Both the position numbers and the translations under genes were made by a program. Under the pieces are notes generated by a model. The model ran no database searches, was not told where the DNA came from, and worked only from the letters and a program-made list of their open reading frames with translations. A DNA stretch of 64,000 nt, from contig CAXXJJ010000004.1 of assembly GCA_963667015.2 (NCBI GenBank), positions 96,001 to 160,000 of the forward strand, given 5' to 3'. This document shows, one piece after another, positions 10,777-21,670 of this stretch (the first letter of the stretch is position 1; each line of letters starts with the position of its first letter). Origin of the DNA: Desulfatiglandales bacterium (GTDB lineage: Bacteria; Desulfobacterota; DSM-4660; Desulfatiglandales; HGW-15).

Positions 10777-11372
10777 TTTATCCTCCTTTTTAAGAAAAGA
10801 TTATTATGAAAACAGAATTACGTAAAAGATAATGCTGTATTAAAAGAAAATAGCGGTAAATAGTTTGCACATAAAGGCTTGTTGAATTTCAGGAAATTCT
10901 TCAATTATTATAAAATACCCTACTTTTGTCAAAAGTATATATTTCTGATAATTTCTAAAACCTGAATTCCTGGTATTAAAAAAATAAAATTTCTCTTGCT
11001 TTTTCCATTAATAAATCTAACAATATTACAGTAAATCAATCTCAGTATGATGATCTCCTGCAAAATATCTTTTCGTTTGCAAAAATCTGACCTGTTCACT
11101 TGGCTGATTAATGTACCTCCAAAGAATTAGCTGATTATCATCATTTGTTCCGGCTATTAAGTAAAATATGGGAATGTAGCTGATACTCCTGAAAAGTAGC
11201 ATTAAAAAATCATTTAAATAATCCATTCAGATCTTACATGAGTTTGTCAAAAGGGCAGGATCAATGAATACAGGTTATTGGATATTTTTTTTAATAACCG
11301 ACGATTAGACTGAAGATTTTTTATTTTAGTCTTTGTTTAAACGCGATTCTGAATTTAGCAGAAAATTAAAAT

Positions 11373-14300
11373 GTGTCGGGCATGGATAATACCTGTCCGG
11401 TAGCCCAGAAAGATATGTCCATGAACTATTCGAAACAACGTTCCTTTTCACTCTTATGTGGGATATATTGTCTGCTTATAGTCATAATACTTACATTTAT
11501 GGCCTTATATTATTTTCATATTGAACGTCAGAAAGAACAGTTCTCGCGATACTTTCTTAGACAACTCTCTCATGCCGGTGCAAATATCAGTGATGCCCTT
11601 GAGGGCCTTCGTACAAATCTGGCCAATTCTGTGGTTACCAATCAATATTATCCTGAGACCAAAAATGGTTTTAAAGAAATTAAGGAAGAAAATGAATCCA
11701 GCAATAGTCCAGTAAAGACAGAGTGTCATAAAGATGATGCAGGTGAATTAAAAAAACGTAAAGAGTACGTCGAAGAACAGCTGAAACTGATTCCAGCTCT
11801 TGACTTCACTTCTCTAGGTTGGAAAAAAGGACCTCCGGAAATATTATTTCTCAACAAGGATAAGGTAAAAGTCGACTTTGAATTAATTTGGAATAAAAAG
11901 GGATATGCCATTAAAGCACAGGTCAAGGAGATAGATTTAACGGAATGCGAAACCCAAAATGAATATGTTTTTTTTGAAATTAATGTGGATTTGAAAAAAC
12001 TGGTTGTCCCGTTGCTTCCTGATGACGTATTTGAAAACTTTAATGGCGGCATTATCTTAGCCGGGAAAAAAAACGAGGTTGTCTTCCTGGAAACAGGAAT
12101 GAATCTGCAACTCATTACCCTTCCTGATGAGAAACTAAAATCCGACACTAAAAAGGATGAGACCGATAAAAATGATGTAACTGATAAAAAGGCTGAAGTG
12201 AATGATTCCAGGTTCAAGCCTATTCGAGATGTAGAAATTGGTCTCAATCAATATAAACTGTTTCTTTCCCCCTTCCGCTGGCAGATAAGCGGAGATACCG
12301 GCCATGAGAGTGTTGGGACCCCTGCAGGGGACGAAGATATGTGGATTATAGGTGCAATCATCCCTCAATTGACGTTTTTTTCAAAGGCAATGACAATTTC
12401 TCCGACACTGGGCTTTTTTATTTTTTGCGCCCTGTGTGTCGGTTTGCTTGCAATACCTTTCATGCGAATACGGCTGATCGGACTCAGGGAGGGAATTAAA
12501 GCACACGAAGTCTTCATTCTTGTAATAGCGCTTCTAGTTGGGTGTTCACTGGTTTCCCTGCTTACTATAAATCTGTTAACCAGAAAGGATGAAATAAAAA
12601 CAATAGACCACTATCTTGAAATAATCGCTAAAGATATAGGAGAACGATTTAGCAAGGAGTTTCACTCTCTGGAAGAAGAACTGATCCACAAGGTTACTTC
12701 AGATAAGGCTGAGTGGGAGCGAAAAGGGAATATCCTGTCAGGAGAAGATGATTCCGAGTATCCATTTTTTGAGCTTATAGTGGGAATGGATTCAAAGGGA
12801 ACACAAAGATGGAAATGGACTGTGAGAAATAAAACAACACCAATGCTTGTACTTCCTAACAGAGAATATTTTGAATATGCCAAAAAATTCGATCTTGACC
12901 TCTTTGAAAAAATAGAACGTGATGAAAAAATTGACAGTATGAAATTTTTTATGGAAGGAAGATATGTTGAATCCATCAGATCCAAAAATACCGGAAATTC
13001 CTATGCAATGCTTACCCTGAGAAGAAATATGCATTTAAATAGGACTTCAGAAATGGATATAGACATTAAAATAGCATCTTCTGGGGATAATAGAAACTTT
13101 GAAGATTCGATCGTATTCTGTATACAGGCTATGCCGTTATGCCTCATTGACCCAATTATGCCTCCGGGTTTTGATTTTGCTCTTATCGATCAGAATGGGA
13201 TTGTTCAGTTCCATTCAATATCAAGCCGGAATCTTCAGGAGAATTTCTTTGAGGAGGCAACACCGCGGCATGATCTTGAAGCTGTTTCCAAAAGCAATAT
13301 TCCAGTCCATATGGATCTGGAATACCGTTCGAACAAGATTCGGGCTTATATTACACCTTTTTACGGCACGCCCTGGACCCTTGTAGTATTTTCGGATAAA
13401 TCAATACCCTATCAGCTTGAGATAGAAACAATAACATTTACAGTAGCACTGTATGGTGCCTATCTGTTGATTCTCTTTTTAGCATTCCTGATATATCTTG
13501 TTTTCAAGCCAAAACCTCTTCCCGGTGAGGCCTTCAGGATGTGGCTTTGGCCGGATATAGAAAAAATTGAAAAATACCATATTATTATTTTATACATAGC
13601 AATTACATGGACTATCTGGGGTGTCTGTTTTATCTTCACTCCATCCATAATACTTGTTCTTATGTGTTTTTTCCTGCCGTTGTCTGTTCTTGTTGTTTTA
13701 TTTCGAATGCTGCGAAACAGGGATAGGAAATCTGTAAATGAAATAAGGCATATCTGCCCTCTAAGATTAAAGATTACCTATATCATTGTATCTTCCGGCC
13801 TGCTTATAATCCTGGCTGTTCTGCCACCATGCGGATTTTATCATGCTGTTTACCATGAAGAGATAGCGGTTTTCATCAAGTATCATCAACATGAAATGGC
13901 ACAATCCATCAAACAAAGAGCTCAAAAAATAAAAGAGAAATATAGCAAAATTGAATTGAGTGACTCCAACAGTAAAAAATTGGAGAAAATATTATTACCT
14001 GTTACTGATTCACTAAATGATACCGAAAAAATTTTAACGGATATATATGCAACGGGTTTTAATATTAAACTTGACATTAAACCTATAAAAGAGCCTCAAA
14101 CCAGGTCCATACAAAGATTAATAACCTTTTTGAGAGATTTACCGCTTGTTAACAGTTCTGATAAATTATCAATAATAACCAGGATGTTTTCAGGCCTGAA
14201 AGGCGACCTGAAAGACGATAAATCAAAAGCAAAATGGTTTGTCGAGGATGATAAGATTGTCATGATCGAGCAAAACAATAAACAGCCCATACTCTACAGT

Positions 14301-15560
14301 TCATCAGGCGAAAAAGAAGAGGTATCTTTTTTTCATCCTCACTATCTGCAGATCAAGACATCGACCTATAGAGTAAAGATAAGTCCTTACTGGATTGTAC
14401 TCTGTTCCATTCTTGGATTAATTCTACTTCTTCTTATGATAAGGGCCATTATGAAACTCATATTTATCATTGATATCAATCCCCCTGTGTCTTTCGAGGG
14501 TAAGAACCTGATTTGTAATCAGGATTTAAAAAATCAGATACACATAAGGATGCAGGATATTTGTCCTCTGAAATTCACAGGTCGGCGTATAATCACTCCC
14601 AGTGAGATCAGAGAAACTTCCAGTGTGAAATCACTTTTGACTCTTTGCAGAAATCCTGCGGTAAATGAAATAATTCTCGATAATTTTGAAAGTGATCTGG
14701 ATGAACCACAGATCGCGCTTAAAAAACTTGAGCTTCTCGAAGGACTGGCACCCATGCCAAATAAGCAGGTGATACTTAAGTCATCAATAGATCCCCTGTT
14801 CCTGTTGACATCCCGTTGTCAGGACCCGAGTCTGAATGAAGATGATAAAAATAATCTCCTGCTAAGATGGGGGACTGTTCTGCAGGGCTACTCCAAGCTC
14901 AGGCATCAGAATGAGGAAAATGAATATCACAGGCATCGGAATGAGTTCATGGTAAAAGAATTGCAGCAAATCGATAAATATAATTATTTGCCGAAAAATG
15001 CTAAACAAAGCCTTGTCGATGAAGGGTGGCCGAACCGGCTGCTCAAGCAGTATGCAAAAAAACTTACGGAATTAAACGAAATTAAATATTATTCTGTCGA
15101 CAATATTGTTGACCAGTTCAAAGATCTGGCTGACGCTCACTACCGGAAACTCTGGTTAAGCTGCAGCACGGATGAAAAGATACTTTTATACAGACTCGCA
15201 GAGCAGGGTTTTGTAAATTGGCATATGAAAAATGCAATGCGAAGTCTTATGAAAAGGAGAATCATTGTTATGGCACCTAATTTTCGTTTAATGAACGAAA
15301 GTTTTCGGCAGTTTGTTCTGAATGCAGAGCATCCCCAGTCTTTTCAGAAATGGGAAGAAGCTGCAGGTATGAGCATCTGGGGCAGAATAAGAACACCGCT
15401 TATTTTGGTCGGTATTGCAATGGGAGCTTTCTTTTTTATTACGCAAAGAGAGATCTTTGGACAATCATTACGAATTCTATCTGCAGTAGCCGCCGGGCTT
15501 CCAATAGTTTTAAAGGCAATAGGATTACTGACTCAGGGCAAGAAAATACCTTTAGAGTAA
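11373..15560 (+). CDS. Large polytopic membrane protein with Cache-like sensor domains and a C-terminal degenerate NTPase/winged-helix-like region
   Basis: 1395-aa ORF (start may be 11415/11421); REYF, ESIRS, FALIDQNG...FHS, PWTLVV Cache-like motifs; about 12 hydrophobic segments. Confidence 0.7.
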   Translation: MSGMDNTCPVAQKDMSMNYSKQRSFSLLCGIYCLLIVIILTFMALYYFHIERQKEQFSRYFLRQLSHAGANISDALEGLRTNLANSVVTNQYYPETKNGFKEIKEENESSNSPVKTECHKDDAGELKKRKEYVEEQLKLIPALDFTSLGWKKGPPEILFLNKDKVKVDFELIWNKKGYAIKAQVKEIDLTECETQNEYVFFEINVDLKKLVVPLLPDDVFENFNGGIILAGKKNEVVFLETGMNLQLITLPDEKLKSDTKKDETDKNDVTDKKAEVNDSRFKPIRDVEIGLNQYKLFLSPFRWQISGDTGHESVGTPAGDEDMWIIGAIIPQLTFFSKAMTISPTLGFFIFCALCVGLLAIPFMRIRLIGLREGIKAHEVFILVIALLVGCSLVSLLTINLLTRKDEIKTIDHYLEIIAKDIGERFSKEFHSLEEELIHKVTSDKAEWERKGNILSGEDDSEYPFFELIVGMDSKGTQRWKWTVRNKTTPMLVLPNREYFEYAKKFDLDLFEKIERDEKIDSMKFFMEGRYVESIRSKNTGNSYAMLTLRRNMHLNRTSEMDIDIKIASSGDNRNFEDSIVFCIQAMPLCLIDPIMPPGFDFALIDQNGIVQFHSISSRNLQENFFEEATPRHDLEAVSKSNIPVHMDLEYRSNKIRAYITPFYGTPWTLVVFSDKSIPYQLEIETITFTVALYGAYLLILFLAFLIYLVFKPKPLPGEAFRMWLWPDIEKIEKYHIIILYIAITWTIWGVCFIFTPSIILVLMCFFLPLSVLVVLFRMLRNRDRKSVNEIRHICPLRLKITYIIVSSGLLIILAVLPPCGFYHAVYHEEIAVFIKYHQHEMAQSIKQRAQKIKEKYSKIELSDSNSKKLEKILLPVTDSLNDTEKILTDIYATGFNIKLDIKPIKEPQTRSIQRLITFLRDLPLVNSSDKLSIITRMFSGLKGDLKDDKSKAKWFVEDDKIVMIEQNNKQPILYSSSGEKEEVSFFHPHYLQIKTSTYRVKISPYWIVLCSILGLILLLLMIRAIMKLIFIIDINPPVSFEGKNLICNQDLKNQIHIRMQDICPLKFTGRRIITPSEIRETSSVKSLLTLCRNPAVNEIILDNFESDLDEPQIALKKLELLEGLAPMPNKQVILKSSIDPLFLLTSRCQDPSLNEDDKNNLLLRWGTVLQGYSKLRHQNEENEYHRHRNEFMVKELQQIDKYNYLPKNAKQSLVDEGWPNRLLKQYAKKLTELNEIKYYSVDNIVDQFKDLADAHYRKLWLSCSTDEKILLYRLAEQGFVNWHMKNAMRSLMKRRIIVMAPNFRLMNESFRQFVLNAEHPQSFQKWEEAAGMSIWGRIRTPLILVGIAMGAFFFITQREIFGQSLRILSAVAAGLPIVLKAIGLLTQGKKIPLE

Positions 15561-15749
15561 AAATGAAACGATGTTTTACTGATGAAAATAAATTCTATTT
15601 TCATGCCATCCTTTAGTATAATAAATATCAACTTGCTTAATAATCTTTTTCCATCACTGCCTTTTCACAAATATTTCATTTTTCGTTCGAATTCTTTTCA
15701 TACTGTGATTTTAAAATTCTTAGTAAATAATCAATTAGAGGTGATAATA

Positions 15750-16244
15750 ATGAGAAGATTAGAATGTATGGATCTTTACAGAAAAGATATGCCGGCCTGT
15801 TACAAACACTTCGTAGAAGTTTTATTCAATAAAAAAATATTGTTTGAAAAATATTTTAATGAACATCAGGAAAAGATATTAATTTTTGTTTTAGCAGCAG
15901 TTGTTGCCATAATAGCATTTACCGAAATATATGACAGAAGAGATGAAGATGAAAAACTTATAGGCTTTGGTGAATATCAGGATTACACAGTTGAAAAAAT
16001 AAACCTTCCAACAGAAGGTGATGTCGTATTGTTAAAAAAAATTCCCTATCGGGAGTATGAAACAAAGAACCTTACAAACGGCAATGTTTTGATAACCGGT
16101 AATTTTTACTATGAGATAAGGCCTCAAACAAAATATGCACCAGATTTGCAGCGTTCAGATATATATGGGAACACACCGGAAAACAGTAATTACTGGGGAG
16201 ATATGAGATACGGAACTGTCCTTTTAAGCATGAAAGACCAGTAG
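15750..16244 (+). CDS. Hypothetical single-TM protein
   Basis: GAGGTG RBS before ATG 15750; one hydrophobic helix. Confidence 0.45.
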   Translation: MRRLECMDLYRKDMPACYKHFVEVLFNKKILFEKYFNEHQEKILIFVLAAVVAIIAFTEIYDRRDEDEKLIGFGEYQDYTVEKINLPTEGDVVLLKKIPYREYETKNLTNGNVLITGNFYYEIRPQTKYAPDLQRSDIYGNTPENSNYWGDMRYGTVLLSMKDQ

Positions 16245-16696
16245 TATTAAAGGAAATATTAGCTTCATTTCCCCCTGATAAGATATAATACTGTGAAGGC
16301 GTATTTTTTTTATTGCTAACCATGGACCACAAAATATTAGGGATAAATATTTTCTTTTTAATTCCCTGCAGATAATTGTTTACTGTCCATTGATAACTGT
16401 AAAATTACCTTGCTTTTTAGTTGCCTTAGTCCTAAAAATAAAAAATATAACACTTCCGATATAAAGAATAACTGCATTTGTTTACGCCTATGGGCGCAGG
16501 GCTAATTTATGTCTTTTTTTCAGTCGTTTTGGGCGGGTTGACAACTGTTTTTCATTTATCCGAATTAGCTCTGCTGCTCTGGTTACTGGCCAGAGGGTTG
16601 AATGTTTAGCAATTGGCGAGTCCGATATGGCAACATAGCTTTCAAACATAATATTTACTTCAGAATGCTTAATAATATGAGATAGGAGGTAAACTA

Positions 16697-16993
16697 ATGA
16701 ATGCGCAGAAACTGCTATCAGAGCAACTTATCTGGTTAATTAAGAATAATAGATTTTTTGCCTATATTATTGTGTTTGGAGTAATTGTCATTTCGATTGG
16801 TGTGTTTACAGATGCTGTTAAAAAAATTATTTATTTTTTTAGTGAAGAGAGTCCTGAAGACGCCAGGATCAAGCTCGCCCAGATGAAATTTTCCTTTGAA
16901 CCTGCCACATTTCGCAAATGTGTTGAATCAAAAGGGGAAGGGAGAGAAAATATGCTTGGGTTGTTAACTTCGAAAGGTCTGTCCCGAAATTAA
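16697..16993 (+). pseudogene. Truncated membrane-anchored protein, probable N-terminus of an ankyrin-repeat gene
   Basis: Strong RBS AGGAGGT; TM then EDARIKLAQMKFSFEPATF, resembling the lead-in to ankyrin repeats; ends abruptly. Confidence 0.4.
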
Positions 16994-17164
16994 ATACCTC
17001 TATAATGGATGGACTGACAACTGTAGAATTTGAGATACAGGATAAGTATTTTATCCTGCCAAAATGGAGGTCGTGTGATATATAAAAGGTACTGTAATAA
17101 TTCACATGACAAAAATTAAGATTATATTTACAATCCCTGTATAAAATTTAAAAAGGAGAAAATA

Positions 17165-17983
17165 ATGTCTATCGTAACAATCAGCCGAGGATCTTACAGC
17201 CGAGGCAAGGAGGTGGCTGAAAAGCTGGCGGAAAGACTGGGATATGAATGCCTTTCAAGGGATATTCTGCTGGAGGCGTCCGATGAATTTAATATTCCTG
17301 AAATAAAGCTTATAAGAGCTCTTCATGACTCTACTTCCGTTCTTGAACGATTTACTCTCGGTAAAGAACGATATATAAATTTTATTTATTCCTCTCTTCT
17401 TCAGCATGTTCGAAAAGACAATGTGGTGTATCATGGCCTTGCCGGGCATTTTTTTCTTGCTGATATTCCACATGTTCTCAAAGTCAGGGTAATTGCCGAT
17501 ATGCAGGATCGTGTTAAAGAAGAAATGCGACGCGAAAATATTTCTGCTGAAAAGGCCCGGTATATCCTGAAAAAAGATGATGAGGAGCGGCGCAAATGGA
17601 GCCTTCAGATGTACGGCAGAGATGCCTGGGACAGCAGGCTCTACGATATAGTCCTGCACATAGGGAAATTGACAGTTGATGACGCCGTGGATATCCTTTT
17701 TGATATAGTTCAAAAACCAAATTACAGGGCTACACCCGAATCACTTAAAATAGTTGAAGATCTTGCTCTTTCTGCAAAGGTCAAGGTAGGACTGTTTGAT
17801 CTCGCCTCAAAAATTAAGGTTGAAGCAGATAATGGAAAGGTTTCTATTGATCTTGTTGATGATATCCAGGCAATAAAAAACAGAGAAGAGATTAAAAAAC
17901 TAACCCTTAAAATGGAAGGAGTTAAAGAAGTAGTAGTCAGGGGCGAACAGCACGGCCGTGTCAACCCTTTCCACAGAACATAA
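17165..17983 (+). CDS. Cytidylate kinase-like family protein with C-terminal BON-like domain
   Basis: VTISRGSYSRGKEVAEKLA; DEERRKW; YDIVL; C-terminal IKVEADNGKV...EGVKEV. Confidence 0.82.
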   Translation: MSIVTISRGSYSRGKEVAEKLAERLGYECLSRDILLEASDEFNIPEIKLIRALHDSTSVLERFTLGKERYINFIYSSLLQHVRKDNVVYHGLAGHFFLADIPHVLKVRVIADMQDRVKEEMRRENISAEKARYILKKDDEERRKWSLQMYGRDAWDSRLYDIVLHIGKLTVDDAVDILFDIVQKPNYRATPESLKIVEDLALSAKVKVGLFDLASKIKVEADNGKVSIDLVDDIQAIKNREEIKKLTLKMEGVKEVVVRGEQHGRVNPFHRT

Positions 17984-18017
17984 AATAGGGGACTGATAAA
18001 ATAGGGGAAAATATCCC

Positions 18018-18662
18018 ATGATTTTTTATTCAAGGATTTTAGTTAAATATATCCTGATGTTATTATATGTCTTATTATTGATATGCGGATGCAGTTCTCA
18101 AAACAATGAGGCTGAAAGCAGCGATGATCAAAAATTAAATTTTGAAGAATACTGCAGGACCCATGAATGCAGGAAAGATTTAAAATTCAATCTAAAGACA
18201 CCCGATGATAATTACTTTAAGTTCAGTGCGACCCTTTCTGAACCTGTCGTACAGGAATCTGTCGATAAGTCTGATTCCAGTGGTAAAAAGAAAAATTATC
18301 TGGTCACAGTTTATCCTGGCGAAACAGTTAACATTGCCTTTGACCAAGGAGACAAAGGCCCAGAGAACCTGCATTCTGTTTCAGATACAGGCGGCTCTGA
18401 AAATATTCTTACACTCAAATTATCCCAGGAACAAGACATTGCAAATGGTTGCGGCATGAAGTTATATATCAATAATTCATCCAGGTTTTTCATTAAAAAC
18501 TGGTTGTTCATACAAAAAATTGAAGATGCAAAATCCTCAAAAGTTTCAAGTTGTCCATTAAAGCCCGAATCGAGCCGTTTTGAGACATGGCAGTTTCCGG
18601 TTTTTAAGATCCATATGGGAAAATTTGAATGGGCGGATGAAGATGACCTGGAATGTAAATGA
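18018..18662 (+). CDS. Putative lipoprotein
   Basis: LLICGC lipobox; start may be 18057. Confidence 0.55.
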   Translation: MIFYSRILVKYILMLLYVLLLICGCSSQNNEAESSDDQKLNFEEYCRTHECRKDLKFNLKTPDDNYFKFSATLSEPVVQESVDKSDSSGKKKNYLVTVYPGETVNIAFDQGDKGPENLHSVSDTGGSENILTLKLSQEQDIANGCGMKLYINNSSRFFIKNWLFIQKIEDAKSSKVSSCPLKPESSRFETWQFPVFKIHMGKFEWADEDDLECK

Positions 18663-18679
18663 TATAGCGGAAACGTGAT

Positions 18680-19503
18680 ATGCGGAGAATATTAACAAGT
18701 CTACTGTTTTTATGTTTTATTGCTTTTATTTATTCCTGTGGATCCGGGACAGAAACTTCAACGTTATTATCCTATATAAGTAATCCCCGCCTTTCTTTCG
18801 AAACAAGAATTTTTGATAATGCCAGTCTTATTAAAAATAAAAAAAGTCTGGATGCTCATTTGAAAACACTGTATGACGCTGCTGATATTGATATGGTTGT
18901 TGTTATTATTCCAGATCTTCAGGGCAATGATATTGATGATATTGCAAACAGGCTGCTTTCAAACTGGAAAATCGGAGAGAACACAAACGGGCAGAAAGGT
19001 ATTCTGTTCCTTTTAAGTATTGAGGAGGAACTGGTCAGATTTGAGATCGGCTATGATCTTGAATGGATCTATCCTGACAGCTTTGTCGGATACATAGAGA
19101 GGGATCAGATGGCCCCGTTTTTTCAGACAGGGCGGATTCAGACAGGAATCGCTGCAACCCTTGAAATGATTATTGCACGCGCCAATGAAGAAATGGATAC
19201 CGCCTCTTATGACCCTGCAAAGAAGTAAGGGACACAAGAGGAAAGACATTCAAGATCTTTACTGAAGAAGACCTGGCGATAATCGTATTTGAAACCAAAT
19301 ACAGAAACTGTTCCCCTGTATACCTGATAAAAAATGGTGAAGGATGGCAACTTGATATAGCAACCATGTCCGGGACAATACAGCTCAATATGAAGAATCA
19401 TGCTCATATGAAGACGAGTAAGTACACCCCGCTTTTTTATGAAAACGGTTTTACTTTTGATGATAATGGTTTTTTATATTATAAGGGAGAAAATAACGAA
19501 TAA
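18680..19503 (+). pseudogene. Disrupted TPM-domain lipoprotein
   Basis: TPM domain in 18680-19228 (IFDNASL, WKIG, GILFLLS, FEIGYDLE); a coding-like continuation is open in another frame at 19213-19503 (SPVYLIKNGEGWQLDIATM...FDDNG). Confidence 0.65.
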
Positions 19504-19543
19504 TTAATTTTTGATAAACTCATTAAATTTGGGAGGGAATGGC

Positions 19544-19951
19544 ATGTCAACAGAAGAAAATAAGGAAATTGTTCGCCGTGTTATAGAAGAGATTGTCAAT
19601 AAGGGGGATCTTTCGTTAGCAGATGAAGTCCTCGCCGCTAATTATATCTATCATTTTCCTACACATGACATCCATGGACCGGAAGGCTTTAAGGCGTTTG
19701 TGACTTCCATGCGCAGGGCTTTTCCTGATCTGTATGTCAGTATTATAGATCTTATTGCAGAAGGTGATAAAGTAGCAGCACGTGTTATAATGCAGGGAAC
19801 GTTTAAAGGTGAGTTGAATGGAATATCTCCTACTGGCAAAAAACTCACATTCCCGGAAGCCGTTTTTGTCAGGTTTGAGAATGGCAAAGAAGTGGAGGCA
19901 ACGGCGTATGGTAATATGAAAGCATTTAATGAACAACTTGGTTTGGCTTGA
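19544..19951 (+). CDS. SnoaL-like ester cyclase (NTF2 fold)
   Basis: MSTEENKEIVRR, GPEGFK, AFPDL, IAEGDKV, PTGK. Confidence 0.88.
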   Translation: MSTEENKEIVRRVIEEIVNKGDLSLADEVLAANYIYHFPTHDIHGPEGFKAFVTSMRRAFPDLYVSIIDLIAEGDKVAARVIMQGTFKGELNGISPTGKKLTFPEAVFVRFENGKEVEATAYGNMKAFNEQLGLA

Positions 19952-19965
19952 GAGAATAATACCAG

Positions 19966-21183
19966 ATGCATATTTTACTAATCCTGGGTCTTATTATGGC
20001 CGTTGGTCTCGCCGGCGGGAGACTCTTTGAGCGCTTTGGTATTCCACAGGTTGTCGGATATATTGTCATTGGCGTTCTGCTTGGAGACTCGGTACTGCAT
20101 TTCTTACCGGTCAAGACACTTGATGATCTGGCTCCCCTAACCTCAATTGCCCTCGCATTTATAGGGTTTATGGTCGGAGGAGAGCTTAAATATTCCATAT
20201 TTAAAAAATATGGAAAACAGTTCTTCAGTATCCTGCTTTCCGAAGGACTGCTGGCCATGTTTCTTGTAAGCTTCCTGACCATACTGTTAACAAAAAATAT
20301 ACCCCTGGGTATCCTGCTTGGTGCCCTCAGTTCAGCAACAGCACCTGCCGCTACTGTAGACGTTCTCTGGGAATATCACTCCAAGGGACCATTGACTTCT
20401 ACTATATTAGCCATTGTGGCGCTCGATGACGGACTGGCGCTTTTCCTGTACGGATTTGCCTTTGCCTTTGCAAATGTGCTTGTTACAGGCGGCGATCTGA
20501 GTATCAAGATCATGCTGGTACAACCGCTTATTGAGATCTTTGGTTCGCTCGTACTGGGAATTTTAATCGCCCTTATCGTAGACCAGGTTTTGCGCTGGAT
20601 TAAAACAAGGGACGACCAGTTAGTGGTAAATGTCGCGGCAATATTACTGGCAAGCGGTATTTCCCGGTATTTTGACCTTTCCCTTATTCTGACAAACATG
20701 GCTGTGGGCTTGACACTGACCAACCTGCATCAGGATAGAAACGAGTCAAATTTCGAGATAGTAAAGGAGTTTGTACCGCCGATCTATATTATTTTCTTTT
20801 TATTTGTAGGCGCCAGGCTTCAGATAGGCCTTCTGCCGTCCATGGGAATGCTTGGGATTCTATATGTTCTGGGCCGGACTGTCGGTAAATGGGCAGGCGC
20901 TTATCTGGGATCAGTTATTTCAAGTGCATCCCCTGCAGTTAAAAAATATCTTGGATTTGCACTTTTCTCACAGGCTGGCGTTGCCATTGGGCTTGCTCTT
21001 GATATTTACCAGCACTTTGGAAAATTCGGAACCGCAGGCGAACAACTGGGACACACGGTCATCAATGTAATTGCTGCTACTACGCTGCTGGTTCAAATAA
21101 TTGGTCCGCCTTCTGTAAAATTTGCAATATCAAGGGCCGGTGAAATCCCAAAACAAATGCAAAATAAAGGCAGGGGGGAGTAA
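19966..21183 (+). CDS. Cation:proton antiporter (Na+/H+ exchanger family)
   Basis: About 12 TM; ATAPAAT, VALDD, QAGVAIGLA. Confidence 0.9.
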   Translation: MHILLILGLIMAVGLAGGRLFERFGIPQVVGYIVIGVLLGDSVLHFLPVKTLDDLAPLTSIALAFIGFMVGGELKYSIFKKYGKQFFSILLSEGLLAMFLVSFLTILLTKNIPLGILLGALSSATAPAATVDVLWEYHSKGPLTSTILAIVALDDGLALFLYGFAFAFANVLVTGGDLSIKIMLVQPLIEIFGSLVLGILIALIVDQVLRWIKTRDDQLVVNVAAILLASGISRYFDLSLILTNMAVGLTLTNLHQDRNESNFEIVKEFVPPIYIIFFLFVGARLQIGLLPSMGMLGILYVLGRTVGKWAGAYLGSVISSASPAVKKYLGFALFSQAGVAIGLALDIYQHFGKFGTAGEQLGHTVINVIAATTLLVQIIGPPSVKFAISRAGEIPKQMQNKGRGE

Positions 21184-21185
21184 TC

Positions 21186-21650
21186 ATGGAGGTAATATTT
21201 ATTAAAGACCTTCGTCCATATAATACTGTCGCCAATGTGTCTGAATATATGGCCATCCGCTCGATGGCTGAATTAATTGTAAAGCATCCGGAGATACATT
21301 ATTTCTGTGTTGTTGATGACTCGGATAATTTAATGGGCCTCATAAGCCGCAAGCGATTGTTTAAGGCGATTTTTTCACATCATGTCTCTGCCGGTTCAAA
21401 GGTTACAGAACTCTACTCTCTGCTGACATCGGAAAACGCAGCTGATCTACTTATAAAGCATGTCATTACCTGTAAAGAATCTGACCAGGTGGATGAAGTC
21501 GTTAACAAGATGATCACGCGTCGTCTAAATGCCATACCGGTACTGAATAAAGCGGGAAAGCATGAAGGCCTGATCACTATTGAAATGCTCCTCGAAAAAT
21601 GGCTTGAAAAAAGAGGTGATATTTTTGGTCATCATACAGAAAAATTATAA
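21186..21650 (+). CDS. CBS-domain pair protein
   Basis: VVDDSDNLMGLIS and IPVLNKAGKHEGLIT; starts 2 nt after the antiporter stop. Confidence 0.8.
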   Translation: MEVIFIKDLRPYNTVANVSEYMAIRSMAELIVKHPEIHYFCVVDDSDNLMGLISRKRLFKAIFSHHVSAGSKVTELYSLLTSENAADLLIKHVITCKESDQVDEVVNKMITRRLNAIPVLNKAGKHEGLITIEMLLEKWLEKRGDIFGHHTEKL

Positions 21651-21670
21651 ACAATAGATGAGGTACAACC

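Noticed and set aside
11026..11226. 66-aa ORF with RYINQP, faintly like a RAYT transposase motif
   Set aside because: Too short, no HUH motif; cannot be supported
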